Source of the DNA: an uncultured Haloferula sp.
Lineage (GTDB): Bacteria > Verrucomicrobiota > Verrucomicrobiia > Verrucomicrobiales > Akkermansiaceae
Length of the DNA stretch: 64,000 nt
Reading direction: 5' to 3'
Assembly: GCA_965652295.1 (NCBI GenBank)
Contig: CBFGTS010000010.1
Span: forward strand, 32,001-96,000
The position numbers and the translations under genes are program-made. The notes under the pieces are model-generated. The model was not told where the DNA came from, did no database searches, and worked only from the letters and a program-made list of their open reading frames with translations. Positions 29,601 through 38,473 of the stretch are shown here, in pieces (within the stretch, counting starts at the first letter, position 1; each line of letters opens with the position of its first letter).

Positions 29601-32356
29601 GCGAGAGCGTGCGGGTGCCCTATGCCGACGATGCTTCGCTGAACTTCGCCTACTTCGTTTACGATGGTGTGCCTGACTATGTTGCCGCCTCCGCCTCGGT
29701 CGATGGTGGGTCGGGGAAGGTGTGGCCGAAGGAAATGCTGACGGCGCTGCCGGTGTATCACTGGCTTGCCCGCCATGAGGACATGATGAGCCTCCAAGCC
29801 TACAACTCCTGGGAGCAGTTTCCCAACACCGGTGACGACAATGTGCTGCTCGCCCGACGGGCGGAGGAGTGGGAGGGCGCTCTGGTTTACAACGGCAGGG
29901 TGTATGACCACGTCGTCACCCGCCTGCGGGGCGGAAACAGCCGTTACGGAGACTTCGACGGGCGTTTTCCGAACGGGAAGCGCCATTACAAATTCCGCTT
30001 CCACCGCGGACACTATTTCCAAGCCGCCAATCAGAAGGGCGAGCCTTACCCGGCGAAATGGAAGCGGATGTCCTTCAACCGTATGTTCGGCACCAAAGGA
30101 GGGAACAACTGGGGGATGCCCGAGGAAATCGGCTCGACCTTGTGGCGGACCTTCGGCGTGCCGGCGGCGTTCACCCACTGGATCCATTTCCGGGTCATCG
30201 ATGACAGCGAGGAAGCGCCGGACCAATACAACGGCGACTTCTGGGGCCTGACCCAGGCGGTCGAAGAGTATGAAAGCGGCTTCCTCGACAACCACGGGAT
30301 GGAAAAGGGGAACCTCTATAAAATGTCCGACTGGATCTGGGACGCGGACCGGCAGCGGCGCTACCAATCACCTGAGATGGTCGCGGATGGCACCGAGTTC
30401 AACAACATCCGCGACAACCTCCATGGTGCCCAGGACGCGGCATGGTTGCAGGAGTATGTGAACTACGGCAAGTGGTACCGCTACTCCGCCGTCGCCGAAG
30501 GCATCCGGCACTACGACATCTTCCCGTACATCCATGAGGACGTCCGGCACGCGATGAAGAACCTCGCATGGTATTTCGAGCCGACCGGCTCCGATCCATC
30601 GCGGGGGCTGTGTTGGTTTCTTCCTTACGACTGGGATGCGAGCTTCGGCCCGAACTTCAACAACGGCTGGGAGCACGCCAACAACGCGCTCTACGGCTGG
30701 GACATGTCCACCAACTCGGCTCCGGCCGGAGCGACTTACGTGGACAAGCCGGAGATGAAGCTCGAGCACCGCAACGTCCTGCGCGAGTTCCGGGATCTGA
30801 TCTGGCAGGAGGATCAGCTGAACGAGCTGATGGACGATCGCGCCGCGGTGATCGCCGAGTTTTTCAAGGCGGACATGGATCGTTGGCGCAACGCCCCGAC
30901 CAGTGCGGGCACGGGCAACGACGATCCCCTGCTGTCGCTTCCCGGCTTTGGCTTCAACAAGCTGGAGGACATGAAGAATTTCTGCTTCACGGGTTGGTCG
31001 GGTTCGTCGGGTCCGACGGTTGGGGCCGGAGGGCGCGGCGCGCACTTGGACAATCGCGCGGACGCCCCGGATGCGGGGCTTCTTCCAGCCACGCCGACCA
31101 TCGCCTACACCGGTTCGCCGGACCATTCGCTCAACGGCCTTTCATTCCAAACCGGGGCTTTCTCCGATCCCCAGGGCAGCGGGACCTTCGCCGCCATGGA
31201 ATGGCGGATCGGCGAGATCGAGGACCCCACCGCTCCCGCCTGGGAAGAGGAGGATGATTTCATCATGGAATACACGCCGGTGTGGCTGTCCGGGGAAATC
31301 ACGACTTATCAAAACTCGATCTCGGTGCCGGCTGGAGCGACCAAGCCCGGCCACACCTACCGGGCGCGGGTCCGCATGAAGGACAACACCGGTCGCTGGA
31401 GTCACTGGTCGGCACCGTATGAGTTCACCACGACCGCGCCGGACGATCTGGCCGACTTGCAACAGAACCTGATGATCACGGAGGTGATGTACAATCCTCC
31501 CGGGCCACCACCCGCCAGTGGTGACGAGCAGGACTTCGAATATGTCGAACTCCAGAACATCAGTGACAGCCTCACGCTGGACCTCACCAACGTGAGATTC
31601 ACGAAAGGGGCGGACTTCGATTTCGCGGGCTCCGCCATCACCAGTCTGGCTCCGGGTGAGTATGTGTTGGTGGTGAAAAGCCTCGCTGCTTTCGAAGAGA
31701 GATACGGCACCGGACTCCCGGTCGCCGGCGAGTGGGACGTCACGCAGAACCTTTCCAACGGCGGAGAGCAGATCAAGCTGTCGTACGGAGCGGGAACGGC
31801 GATCCATGATTTCACCTACGATGACGCCGCGCCGTGGCCGACGGAGCCGGATGGAAACGGACCGGCGATGCTGTTGATCGATCCGTCGTCGGCACCGGAT
31901 CATACGCTTCCCCAGAGCTGGACTTCCGGAGATCCGAGCCCGGGCGGGTCCGGGATCGCGCCCGACCTGTTTGCCGACTGGCTGGCGGTGCAAGGTGCCT
32001 CCGATCCGGATGCCGAGGCGTTGCCGGGGATGACCTGGTTGATGATGTATGCGTTGGGCGGTGATCTCATTTCACCTCCACTCTCCGCGCTGCCTACCGC
32101 GGGCTTTGCAAGTGATGTGGACGGGGAGCACCTGATCCTCAGCTATCGCCGCCGCAGTGACGCGACCCAGGTCGATTACGAAGTGGAAACCTCCACCAAT
32201 CTCATCACCTGGCATTCCGGCGACGGCGTGGTGGAAATGGTCGGAACGCCTCAGGACAACGGCGATGGCACCGTGACGGACACGGTGCGCGTGGTGAGCC
32301 CCGCAGTCGGCGAAGACGCGCGCTTCATCCGCCTGCGGGTGATTCTGGAAGAATGA
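26618..32356 (+). CDS. Giant secreted protein: LamG + Ig/cadherin-like + lamin-tail + CotH kinase-like + C-terminal motif
   Basis: Signal peptide MIPQLSLG; YTPAAGYSGTDSFTF Ig repeat; INEIHYDP and ITEVMYNP lamin-tail; RLRGGNSRY, GNLYKM, FLPYDWDASFG CotH-like; ends RFIRLRVILEE. Confidence 0.8.
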   Translation: MIPQLSLGAALPIAALFAYPCLSTAAELVDLDASSLSPGTLASWSNQGTLGGDFLQGQSFRRPEVEDVLGIQGVTFDGSSDHLIGPVAPESLNGNGDRTVIAWVYNADVGPEETIVSWGRRDGPDRSLSAFFHGSHDTWGCFGGWGVADVGWANQEKPGVWTCCTFVYDSSSGMFRAYTDGRLSTSKSIGPLATWSADTSGDSLRLRLAAQSAPNGNTTYINGGMTIARLRVHDTAFTEAEVVNEFVAEAPDFGLAAFFIVNFAADNTTIYAGESADLSWEVEGAATVTMTPPVDLSGGSPVTVSPTQTTEYILTASDGAQELTSSVTIQVLPGVPVAEDGHLVVVQDSSAEITLVADDPNDPVASLAWEIVDAPVHGTLSGTAPALTYTPAAGYSGTDSFTFRVGDGVNLSNVATVSITIDPPPSAPALVEFSEGSISTLSVSGSFLGNLTAQDPNYGDTHTFELVAGVGDDDNAMFSIVGNQLLATGSFAGQGGTDFSIRIRVTDAGGLTYEQVLTLTAEVPSETVVINEIHYDPEDNRPLEFVEIHNPTAAEIDMSGWQFTSGIDFTFPAFSQIGPGGYLVVAIDPAAFEQQYGFTPLGPYDGKLSGDGEEVVLADGAGNVMDSVDYGSTFPWPIAAGGDGSSMELIHPQLDNDLAGSWRSSGAAGSFPELTYIDRAAGGWSWRPGSTEASSPIDAWRQNGFVEDGTWQTAQAPIGYGEISSGAGILSLNTVISGMQNDYRCIFLRKTFTIEPGEVPANLSLRFSKDDGALIWINGVLVASRNMLTTDPTIDTFAASDSDTEGLWYEEPITNATTFLVEGQNTVAVQVFNGTLGSSDLGFDLELIRPAGELTFQPTPGARNTVRSPTAPPQLRQVSHESEQPASGEPVKITVKATDPQGIGEVRLLYQLVEPGAYIPARFPRTVTEILADPQGERPENPEFEDPANWVSVTMVDDGSAGDTTAGDGVFTAMIPGQIHRTLVRYRIEAEDLPGESVRVPYADDASLNFAYFVYDGVPDYVAASASVDGGSGKVWPKEMLTALPVYHWLARHEDMMSLQAYNSWEQFPNTGDDNVLLARRAEEWEGALVYNGRVYDHVVTRLRGGNSRYGDFDGRFPNGKRHYKFRFHRGHYFQAANQKGEPYPAKWKRMSFNRMFGTKGGNNWGMPEEIGSTLWRTFGVPAAFTHWIHFRVIDDSEEAPDQYNGDFWGLTQAVEEYESGFLDNHGMEKGNLYKMSDWIWDADRQRRYQSPEMVADGTEFNNIRDNLHGAQDAAWLQEYVNYGKWYRYSAVAEGIRHYDIFPYIHEDVRHAMKNLAWYFEPTGSDPSRGLCWFLPYDWDASFGPNFNNGWEHANNALYGWDMSTNSAPAGATYVDKPEMKLEHRNVLREFRDLIWQEDQLNELMDDRAAVIAEFFKADMDRWRNAPTSAGTGNDDPLLSLPGFGFNKLEDMKNFCFTGWSGSSGPTVGAGGRGAHLDNRADAPDAGLLPATPTIAYTGSPDHSLNGLSFQTGAFSDPQGSGTFAAMEWRIGEIEDPTAPAWEEEDDFIMEYTPVWLSGEITTYQNSISVPAGATKPGHTYRARVRMKDNTGRWSHWSAPYEFTTTAPDDLADLQQNLMITEVMYNPPGPPPASGDEQDFEYVELQNISDSLTLDLTNVRFTKGADFDFAGSAITSLAPGEYVLVVKSLAAFEERYGTGLPVAGEWDVTQNLSNGGEQIKLSYGAGTAIHDFTYDDAAPWPTEPDGNGPAMLLIDPSSAPDHTLPQSWTSGDPSPGGSGIAPDLFADWLAVQGASDPDAEALPGMTWLMMYALGGDLISPPLSALPTAGFASDVDGEHLILSYRRRSDATQVDYEVETSTNLITWHSGDGVVEMVGTPQDNGDGTVTDTVRVVSPAVGEDARFIRLRVILEE

Positions 32357-32360
32357 ATAT

Positions 32361-34403
32361 TCAGAAGTTCCACGTGACCGAGGTATAGACGAAACGGCCG
32401 GCGTTCGGGATCCGCGCACCGACCGCGACGTCACCTCCTGCGACGCGGTTGATGCCGCCGAGATGGTCGGCGTAGCGGTGGTCGAGGAGGTTTTCGACCC
32501 CGGCTTCGACCCTCACGCCGTTCCCGAACCCGCGCACGGCGCGGAGGTGGAATACCGCATATCCGGGAGTTCGTGTCTCGCCATGAAGGCGGGACACACG
32601 GTTCTGAGCGATGGCCCATTCGCACTCCAGGGACGCTTCCCAACGACGGTGTTCGTAGTCGATCGCCATCAGTCCGCTGAGAGGCGCGATCCGGTAGAGG
32701 GGGTCTCCGGTTTCAACGTCGCGTCCCCGCACCCAGCTCCCATTCGACCTCAGGGTGAGGCGTTCTGAAAGGTCGGCCTGAAGTTGAATCTCCGCGCCGT
32801 AGAGTTCGGCGCGATGGATGTTCTGGAACTGGAGAACCGGTCGGCCCGTGGAGTCGGTCCGCGTCGGGTGGGGCCGGCCTTCGATGTAGTCGCCGATGCT
32901 TTGGTAAAACGGCGTGAAGGACGCCTCCCAGATTTCCTCCTCATGATGGAGGCCGAGGGAGAGGATGAACGCGCTTTCCGGATCGAGGTCGGGATTTCCG
33001 AGATAAGTGCGGCCATCGGCGAGGCCTGCGCTGGCGTTCGAGGGCGTGTAGAGGTAGCGCTCGACGAGCGAGGGCGCGCGGTTCTTCAGGCCGAGGGCGA
33101 GTTCGAGGCGGGTCGTCTCCGTTGCGTGCCAGCGGAGGGCGGCCGTGCCGTCGGTGAGCAGGTCGGAGTGATCGCGCCTGCCGGCGTTGAAAGCCGCGGC
33201 ATCGGCGGCGACGATCGGTCCGCCGAACTGGCTGCGGACTCGACCGGCGTCGGCTTCGACGATGTCGGCACGCAGGCCGAGCAGCGTCTCCCAACGCTCC
33301 GACCAAGGCTTTTCCCACTCCGCGAAGAGGCCGGTGCGGGTGCGGTGGCTGTCGCGGAAGGTGTCGCGAAAGAGGCCCGCCGCATTGACCTGGCGGGCTT
33401 CGAGTTCGGACCAGTGGAAGTCGATGCCGGTGCGCAGGATGCCGTCGGGCAGGTCGATCGCGGCACTACTAGAAAAACCGTAGTCGCGACTTTCTGCGGG
33501 GGCCTCCATCCGCATGGTGGCGGGGCGAAGGCTGAAGTTGTCCATGAGGTGCTCGATCTCATGGAAATAAAACCGGCTTTCCAGAGTGCCCCAGGCGAAA
33601 GCCTCCTTTTGCCGCAGGCCGAAGTGCCGGGAGTCGTCCCTCACCATGTCCATGGGAAGGACGGGGGTGCCGGCGTCACGGGTGGAGGAAACCCCGGCGT
33701 CGATCTCGATGAAGCCTCCACCGGTGCGCCATGATCCGATCCAGGTGTGGCGTTGGGAGCGGTAGCCACTGGCGCGCACGGTGCCGCCGGGGAAGCGGAG
33801 GTCGTCCGCATCGAACCATTCGCCACGGTATTCGCCGCGGACGCGTGCGTCGGTGGCGAAGAGACGTGCGGTGAAACCGGATGCATCGCGGTCGCCATGG
33901 AAGGATGCCCCGAGTCCGCCTCCCACGAGGGCCGTGGTGTTTTCGCCGAAAACGGGATCGGGTCGGGACAGGCGGATGGTGCCGGCAAGGGAGTCGCCGC
34001 CGGCGCTGACAGGAGAAACGCCGGCGAAGACCTCGATCCGGTCACCTGCCGCGGTCTGGGCGTAGTGAAGCGGCGGGTCCATGTGGTTCGGGCAGGCGGG
34101 GGTGATCGTGCGTCCATCGATCTGGACGCGGACGCGATCACCGGTGAGCCCGCGGATCTGGGCGAGGCCGGTCTGGGGACCGTTGTGGATGATGTCGACC
34201 TGGGGCAGTTCGCGGAACAGGTCGGCGCTGTTGGCGTGCGGGCCGCCGGAAGTTTCTCCGCTGGCAGAGGACCAGACGGGTGCGTCGGCCTCCACGAGGA
34301 GAGGTGCGAGCGCGCCCTCCGGCGGCTGGTCGGCGGCGGTGGTTGCGAGGATGGGAAAGCTCCCGAGGACAAGCAGGGGAGTAAACTTGAGAATGGAGAT
34401 CAT
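32361..34403 (-). CDS. TonB-dependent receptor, OprC-like copper transporter
   Basis: Plug IRGL...VQIDG with ACPNHMDPP (CxxxM), HLMDNF (HxM) and PMDM; GNPDLDPE; C-terminal GRFVYTSVTWNF. Confidence 0.8.
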   Translation of the reverse strand: MISILKFTPLLVLGSFPILATTAADQPPEGALAPLLVEADAPVWSSASGETSGGPHANSADLFRELPQVDIIHNGPQTGLAQIRGLTGDRVRVQIDGRTITPACPNHMDPPLHYAQTAAGDRIEVFAGVSPVSAGGDSLAGTIRLSRPDPVFGENTTALVGGGLGASFHGDRDASGFTARLFATDARVRGEYRGEWFDADDLRFPGGTVRASGYRSQRHTWIGSWRTGGGFIEIDAGVSSTRDAGTPVLPMDMVRDDSRHFGLRQKEAFAWGTLESRFYFHEIEHLMDNFSLRPATMRMEAPAESRDYGFSSSAAIDLPDGILRTGIDFHWSELEARQVNAAGLFRDTFRDSHRTRTGLFAEWEKPWSERWETLLGLRADIVEADAGRVRSQFGGPIVAADAAAFNAGRRDHSDLLTDGTAALRWHATETTRLELALGLKNRAPSLVERYLYTPSNASAGLADGRTYLGNPDLDPESAFILSLGLHHEEEIWEASFTPFYQSIGDYIEGRPHPTRTDSTGRPVLQFQNIHRAELYGAEIQLQADLSERLTLRSNGSWVRGRDVETGDPLYRIAPLSGLMAIDYEHRRWEASLECEWAIAQNRVSRLHGETRTPGYAVFHLRAVRGFGNGVRVEAGVENLLDHRYADHLGGINRVAGGDVAVGARIPNAGRFVYTSVTWNF

Positions 34404-34545
34404 GATTTTGAAAAATGGAGATGGGTGGGCGCGCGGGAGAGACTCCACGCGGAGTGGGTGGCGCCGAGGTGGCGGAAGATCGACCGAATGAGAATCGGCC
34501 GCTGACGGAGGGCCCTGCCGGCGTGGCTGCGCGGGGGCGATGAAG

Positions 34546-34977
34546 TCAGGAAAGTCCGCGGGGCGGCGGCAGCTCGGGGCTGCATGGGCGCGAGCGCAGG
34601 CTGGCACTCGCCGTGGAGGAGCGGGGACACCAGGCCAGCCAGTTCGTCGGCGGAGGCGACAATTCGCCCGGATCCGGCCGATGGAGGGTTTCGAAAAGCA
34701 GGCGGATGCTGGAGCTCGGGTCGGATCCCGGCAGCGATGCGGAACTTTCGTGCCGTTGCTTTGCCAACGCCTGCGCCCTGAGGCAGAGCGGGCAGGGCCT
34801 TTCGCCGCTGAAGGTATCACGCACCCCCTGCACGACACCGTCTTCGGCGGAGTAACGAACCAGCATGGAAGCCCATGCGATGCCTTGGAGCAGGGCCGCC
34901 GGTCCTCCCGTCAGATGGACGCAGCCGAGTGCCACCAGAAGGTGGCACCACCAGCCTTTGAACGCGCGGCGGAGCAT
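34546..34977 (-). CDS. DUF2946/CruR-like leader protein (TM, CxxC, C-terminal PPPR)
   Basis: 143 aa: hydrophobic N-terminus, FSGERPCPLC, ends PELPPPRGLS; directly upstream of the TonB receptor. Confidence 0.65.
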   Translation of the reverse strand: MLRRAFKGWWCHLLVALGCVHLTGGPAALLQGIAWASMLVRYSAEDGVVQGVRDTFSGERPCPLCLRAQALAKQRHESSASLPGSDPSSSIRLLFETLHRPDPGELSPPPTNWLAWCPRSSTASASLRSRPCSPELPPPRGLS

Positions 34978-35079
34978 CGGAGGGACCGTGTGCCGGTCGT
35001 GGAGGCAGCGGCAAGCGGCCTCCGTGTCTGCACGGGTGTTTCCGTTTGCGCGCCCCGGGCTTCCGAAACACGTTCCGGC

Positions 35080-36384
35080 ATGGACAATCTCACCGCGGCG
35101 CGGGCGACGATGGCCTTCTCGCTGGGCTTTCATATCATCTTCGCTGCGATCGGAATGGTGATGCCGTTCCTGATGTGTGCGGCACATTATCTGCACTTGA
35201 AGGGAAGGAAGGGCCCTTATCTGGAGCTGACGAAGATGTGGATGCGTGGGGTGGCGATCCTGTTCGCGGTCGGCGCGGTTTCCGGGACGGTGCTCTCGTT
35301 CGAACTCGGCCTGCTGTGGCCTGCGTTCATGGAGCACGCCGGCCCGATCATCGGCATGCCGTTCTCCTGGGAAGGCACTGCGTTTTTCATCGAGGCGGTG
35401 GCGATCGGGCTCTTCCTCTACGGCTGGGACCGGATGAAGCCCTGGGTGCACTGGAGCACCGGGCTGGTGGTGGGGATCTCCGGCTTTCTCTCGGGGATCT
35501 TTGTGGTGGCGGCGAACTCATGGATGAACGCGCCGGCGGGCTTCGAGTGGGTGAAAGGGGAAGCGCGGAACGTCGATCCGGTGGCGGCGATGTTCAACGA
35601 AGCCTGGCTGCACCAGACCATCCATATGCAGGTGGGCGCCGTGCAGGCAGTGGGTTTTGCGGTCGGAGGGGTGCACGCCTTGCTCTACCTGAAGGGCCGC
35701 GCGCCGGAGCTGAACCTGAAGGCGATGAAGATCGCGATGGTCTTCGGGGCCACGGCGGCGATCGTGCAGCCGATGGTCGGGCACTTCGCCGGGGAGCGCG
35801 TGGCGGAGCTCCAGCCGGCCAAGCTGGCGGCGATCGAGGGCCATTTCAAGACGGCGAGCCACGCGCCGCTGACGCTCGGCGGCATCCCGGACGAGGAAAC
35901 GCAGACGATGAAATGGGGGATCGAGATCCCGGGTGCCCTCAGCATCCTCGCCCACCGCGACCCGGCGGCGGAAGTGATCGGATTGGACCGTTTTCCGAAA
36001 GAAGACTGGCCGCCGGTGCTGATCGTTCACGTGGCGTTCCAGATCATGGTCGCGCTGGGGATGCTGATGGCTCTGCTGGCGGTTCTGTACTTCTGGTTTC
36101 TGCGAAAGGGCCGCTTTCCCCGCGGCTTCCTGTGGGCGCTGGCGTTGGCGACGCCGCTGGGGATGCTGGCGATCGAGGCGGGCTGGGTGGTCACGGAGGT
36201 CGGACGCCAACCGTGGATCATCTACGAGGTCCTTCGTACTGAGGACGGGGTCACGCCGGTCCCGGGCATGGTTTATCATTTCGGGCTGTTCCTCATCCTC
36301 TACCTCGGTCTTGCCGGGGTGACGGCGTGGCTCTTCGCGCGGCAGATCCGGGTGACCCAACGGAAAGTGGAGGAGGCATCATGA
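35080..36384 (+). CDS. cydA: Cytochrome bd ubiquinol oxidase subunit I (short Q-loop)
   Basis: FHIIF, AVGAVSGTVLSFE, ANSWMNAP, QPAKLAAIEG, FQIMV, EVGRQPW. Confidence 0.95.
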   Translation: MDNLTAARATMAFSLGFHIIFAAIGMVMPFLMCAAHYLHLKGRKGPYLELTKMWMRGVAILFAVGAVSGTVLSFELGLLWPAFMEHAGPIIGMPFSWEGTAFFIEAVAIGLFLYGWDRMKPWVHWSTGLVVGISGFLSGIFVVAANSWMNAPAGFEWVKGEARNVDPVAAMFNEAWLHQTIHMQVGAVQAVGFAVGGVHALLYLKGRAPELNLKAMKIAMVFGATAAIVQPMVGHFAGERVAELQPAKLAAIEGHFKTASHAPLTLGGIPDEETQTMKWGIEIPGALSILAHRDPAAEVIGLDRFPKEDWPPVLIVHVAFQIMVALGMLMALLAVLYFWFLRKGRFPRGFLWALALATPLGMLAIEAGWVVTEVGRQPWIIYEVLRTEDGVTPVPGMVYHFGLFLILYLGLAGVTAWLFARQIRVTQRKVEEAS

Positions 36385-37400
36385 TCGAGATCCTCGTTTT
36401 CTTCATCGCGGCCTCGCTGCTGCTCTACATCCTGCTCGGTGGATCGGACTTCGGCGCGGGGATCATGGAGCTGCTGCCGGCGGGCGACCTGAGAGAGAAG
36501 CAGAAGAAAGTCATCAACCATGCCATGGGTCCGGTGTGGGAGGCGAACCACATCTGGCTGATCCTGATCGTGGTGATCCTCTTCATGGGATTCCCCCGGG
36601 TCTTCACGGTGCTGATGGTCTCGCTGCATCTGCCGATGCTGGCGTTGCTGCTGGGGGTGGTGGTGCGTGGGACGATGTTCACGTTCCGCCACTACGACTC
36701 GATCCAGACACCGCGCAGCCAGGGTGCCTACACGTGGATGTTTGGGCTTTCGAGCCTGTGGACGGCGGTGTGGCTGGGGATCATCGCGGCCAGCCTGAAC
36801 CGGGGTGTGATCGATCCGCAGGCGGTGGAGGTCTGGGATGCCTACTTTGCGCCGTGGTGGGGCTGGTATCCGCTGGCGGTCGGGCTTTTCGTGCCCTGCA
36901 TCTTCGCCTTCCTCGCCTGCGTGTTCCTCATCGGCGAAACGGAGGATGGAACGCTGCGCGAGCGGTTCCGCCGGCGCGGCGCGGCTTTCAATGGGGCGGT
37001 GATCGTGACCGGCGGGCTGGTCTTCCTCAGCTCGCTCGGTGAGGAGGTCAGCCTGGCCCGTCAGTTCGTGCGCCACCCGTTGGCGATTGCGGCGATGGTG
37101 CTGGCGACGGCGCTGTTCGTCATGCTGTGGTTCTTTGTCGCGCGGCGGCGGGTGATGCTCGCGCGGGTGGTGGCGTCCGGCCAGGTCGTGCTGATCCTGC
37201 TCGGCTGGTGGCTGCTCTATGCGCCGAATGCGGCGATCACCCGCGCGGGGCCGATGAGTTTCTACGCCGAGGCCGCGCCGGAAGCGACGCAGCGCCAGCT
37301 CGTGATCGCACTACTGGTGGGCAGCCTGTTCATCTTCCCGAGCCTGGTGTTTCTGCTGCGGGTCTTCAAAGCCGGGCCGCCGGGGCGGAAGCGGCTCTGA
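36381..37400 (+). CDS. cydB: Cytochrome bd ubiquinol oxidase subunit II
   Basis: YILLGGSDFGAG, GPVWEANHIWLI; ATGA overlap with cydA. Confidence 0.93.
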   Translation: MIEILVFFIAASLLLYILLGGSDFGAGIMELLPAGDLREKQKKVINHAMGPVWEANHIWLILIVVILFMGFPRVFTVLMVSLHLPMLALLLGVVVRGTMFTFRHYDSIQTPRSQGAYTWMFGLSSLWTAVWLGIIAASLNRGVIDPQAVEVWDAYFAPWWGWYPLAVGLFVPCIFAFLACVFLIGETEDGTLRERFRRRGAAFNGAVIVTGGLVFLSSLGEEVSLARQFVRHPLAIAAMVLATALFVMLWFFVARRRVMLARVVASGQVVLILLGWWLLYAPNAAITRAGPMSFYAEAAPEATQRQLVIALLVGSLFIFPSLVFLLRVFKAGPPGRKRL

Positions 37401-37403
37401 GCA

Positions 37404-37721
37404 CGGGGCGATCAAGCCAGGGAGGATCATGGGCACCAGTCATTCCGATTTCCCCGCAGATGAGCTGATGCAGGCATCCACGTCCGGAGCTGCCTTTTTC
37501 AATCACGGAGCAGCGGAGGTTTACGGAGGTCACGGAGAAAGGCAGGGTGAGAGCTTTCCCGGCTCCGTGGCCTCCGTCTTCCTCAGTATCTCCTGCCAGC
37601 AAGAATGCCGATCCGACCGGAAACCCCCGCGAAGTCTTCTGAGGACGAGCGGTGAATGAAACCACATCGGTGTTCATCCCCTGCATCTGCGGTTCTCTCC
37701 CTTCCTAGCTTGATCGCCCTG
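37404..37721. mobile_element. MITE-like non-autonomous element with terminal inverted repeats and target duplication
   Basis: Left IR cggggcgatcaagccagggagg versus right IR (reverse complement) cagggcgatcaagctaggaagg; direct repeat gctctgagca at 37394-37403 and 37722-37731. Confidence 0.7.
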
Positions 37722-37780
37722 GCTCTGAGCACGGGATTTGCGGCTTGGCAGCGGCGGCGGGCGGTGGCTGTCTCCGCGCC

Positions 37781-38470
37781 GTGAGCGAAACGGCACCGAT
37801 CCCTGCGAGAGAAGCCCCATGGAAGGCGGGCGTCCGCGCGGCGAGGGCGAACCTGGTGCCGGGGTTGATCGTGCAGCTGGCCATGATCGGCCTGCTGGTG
37901 TGCTACTACATTTCTCCGGGCTTCCAGGAGTTCCTCGGCCGGCTGGCGGAGATCAAGGAAAGCTGGGGATGGAGCTACAGCGCGCTTTCCGGGGTGGTCG
38001 CCGGGGGAGTATTGCCGGAGCTGATGCGGATCGGCGTTTTCCAGCGCGGCAGGGTCCGCCGCTCGAATTTCAGCGAGTTGGTTTTCGCGATTCCGTTCTG
38101 GGGCTTCATGGGCACGGTGGTGGATTTCTTTTACCGGCTCCAAGCGCTGTGGTTCGGCGATGAGGCGACGGTCGCCGCGGTGGTGCCGCAGGTGCTGGTG
38201 GATCAGTTTCTCTATAACCCGCTCTTCGCCGCGCCGTTCACCGTGTGGCTCTACGCGTGGAAAAATCGGGGATACCGCTGGCACGCGCGTTTTTTCACCG
38301 CCGCCTACTATCGGGAGCGCGTGGTGCCGGCCCTGATCGCGACCTGGGGCGTGTGGATTCCGATCGTCACCGTCCTCTACACGCTGCCCGAGCCGGTGCA
38401 GATCCCGATGTTCTCGCTGGCGCTTTCGCTGTGGGTGATGATCTACAGCTGGATGTCGCGCGAAGAGTAG
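37781..38470 (+). CDS. Membrane protein, Mpv17/PMP22-like
   Basis: Multi-TM; QVLVDQFLYNPLFAAP and TWGVWIP resemble the Mpv17/PMP22 core; GTG start inferred. Confidence 0.55.
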   Translation: MSETAPIPAREAPWKAGVRAARANLVPGLIVQLAMIGLLVCYYISPGFQEFLGRLAEIKESWGWSYSALSGVVAGGVLPELMRIGVFQRGRVRRSNFSELVFAIPFWGFMGTVVDFFYRLQALWFGDEATVAAVVPQVLVDQFLYNPLFAAPFTVWLYAWKNRGYRWHARFFTAAYYRERVVPALIATWGVWIPIVTVLYTLPEPVQIPMFSLALSLWVMIYSWMSREE

Positions 38471-38473
38471 TCA

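Noticed and set aside
34404..34838. N-terminal extensions of the TonB receptor and cydA ORFs
   Set aside because: They overlap the leader ORF; signal peptide and homology-consistent starts are at 34403 and 35080.
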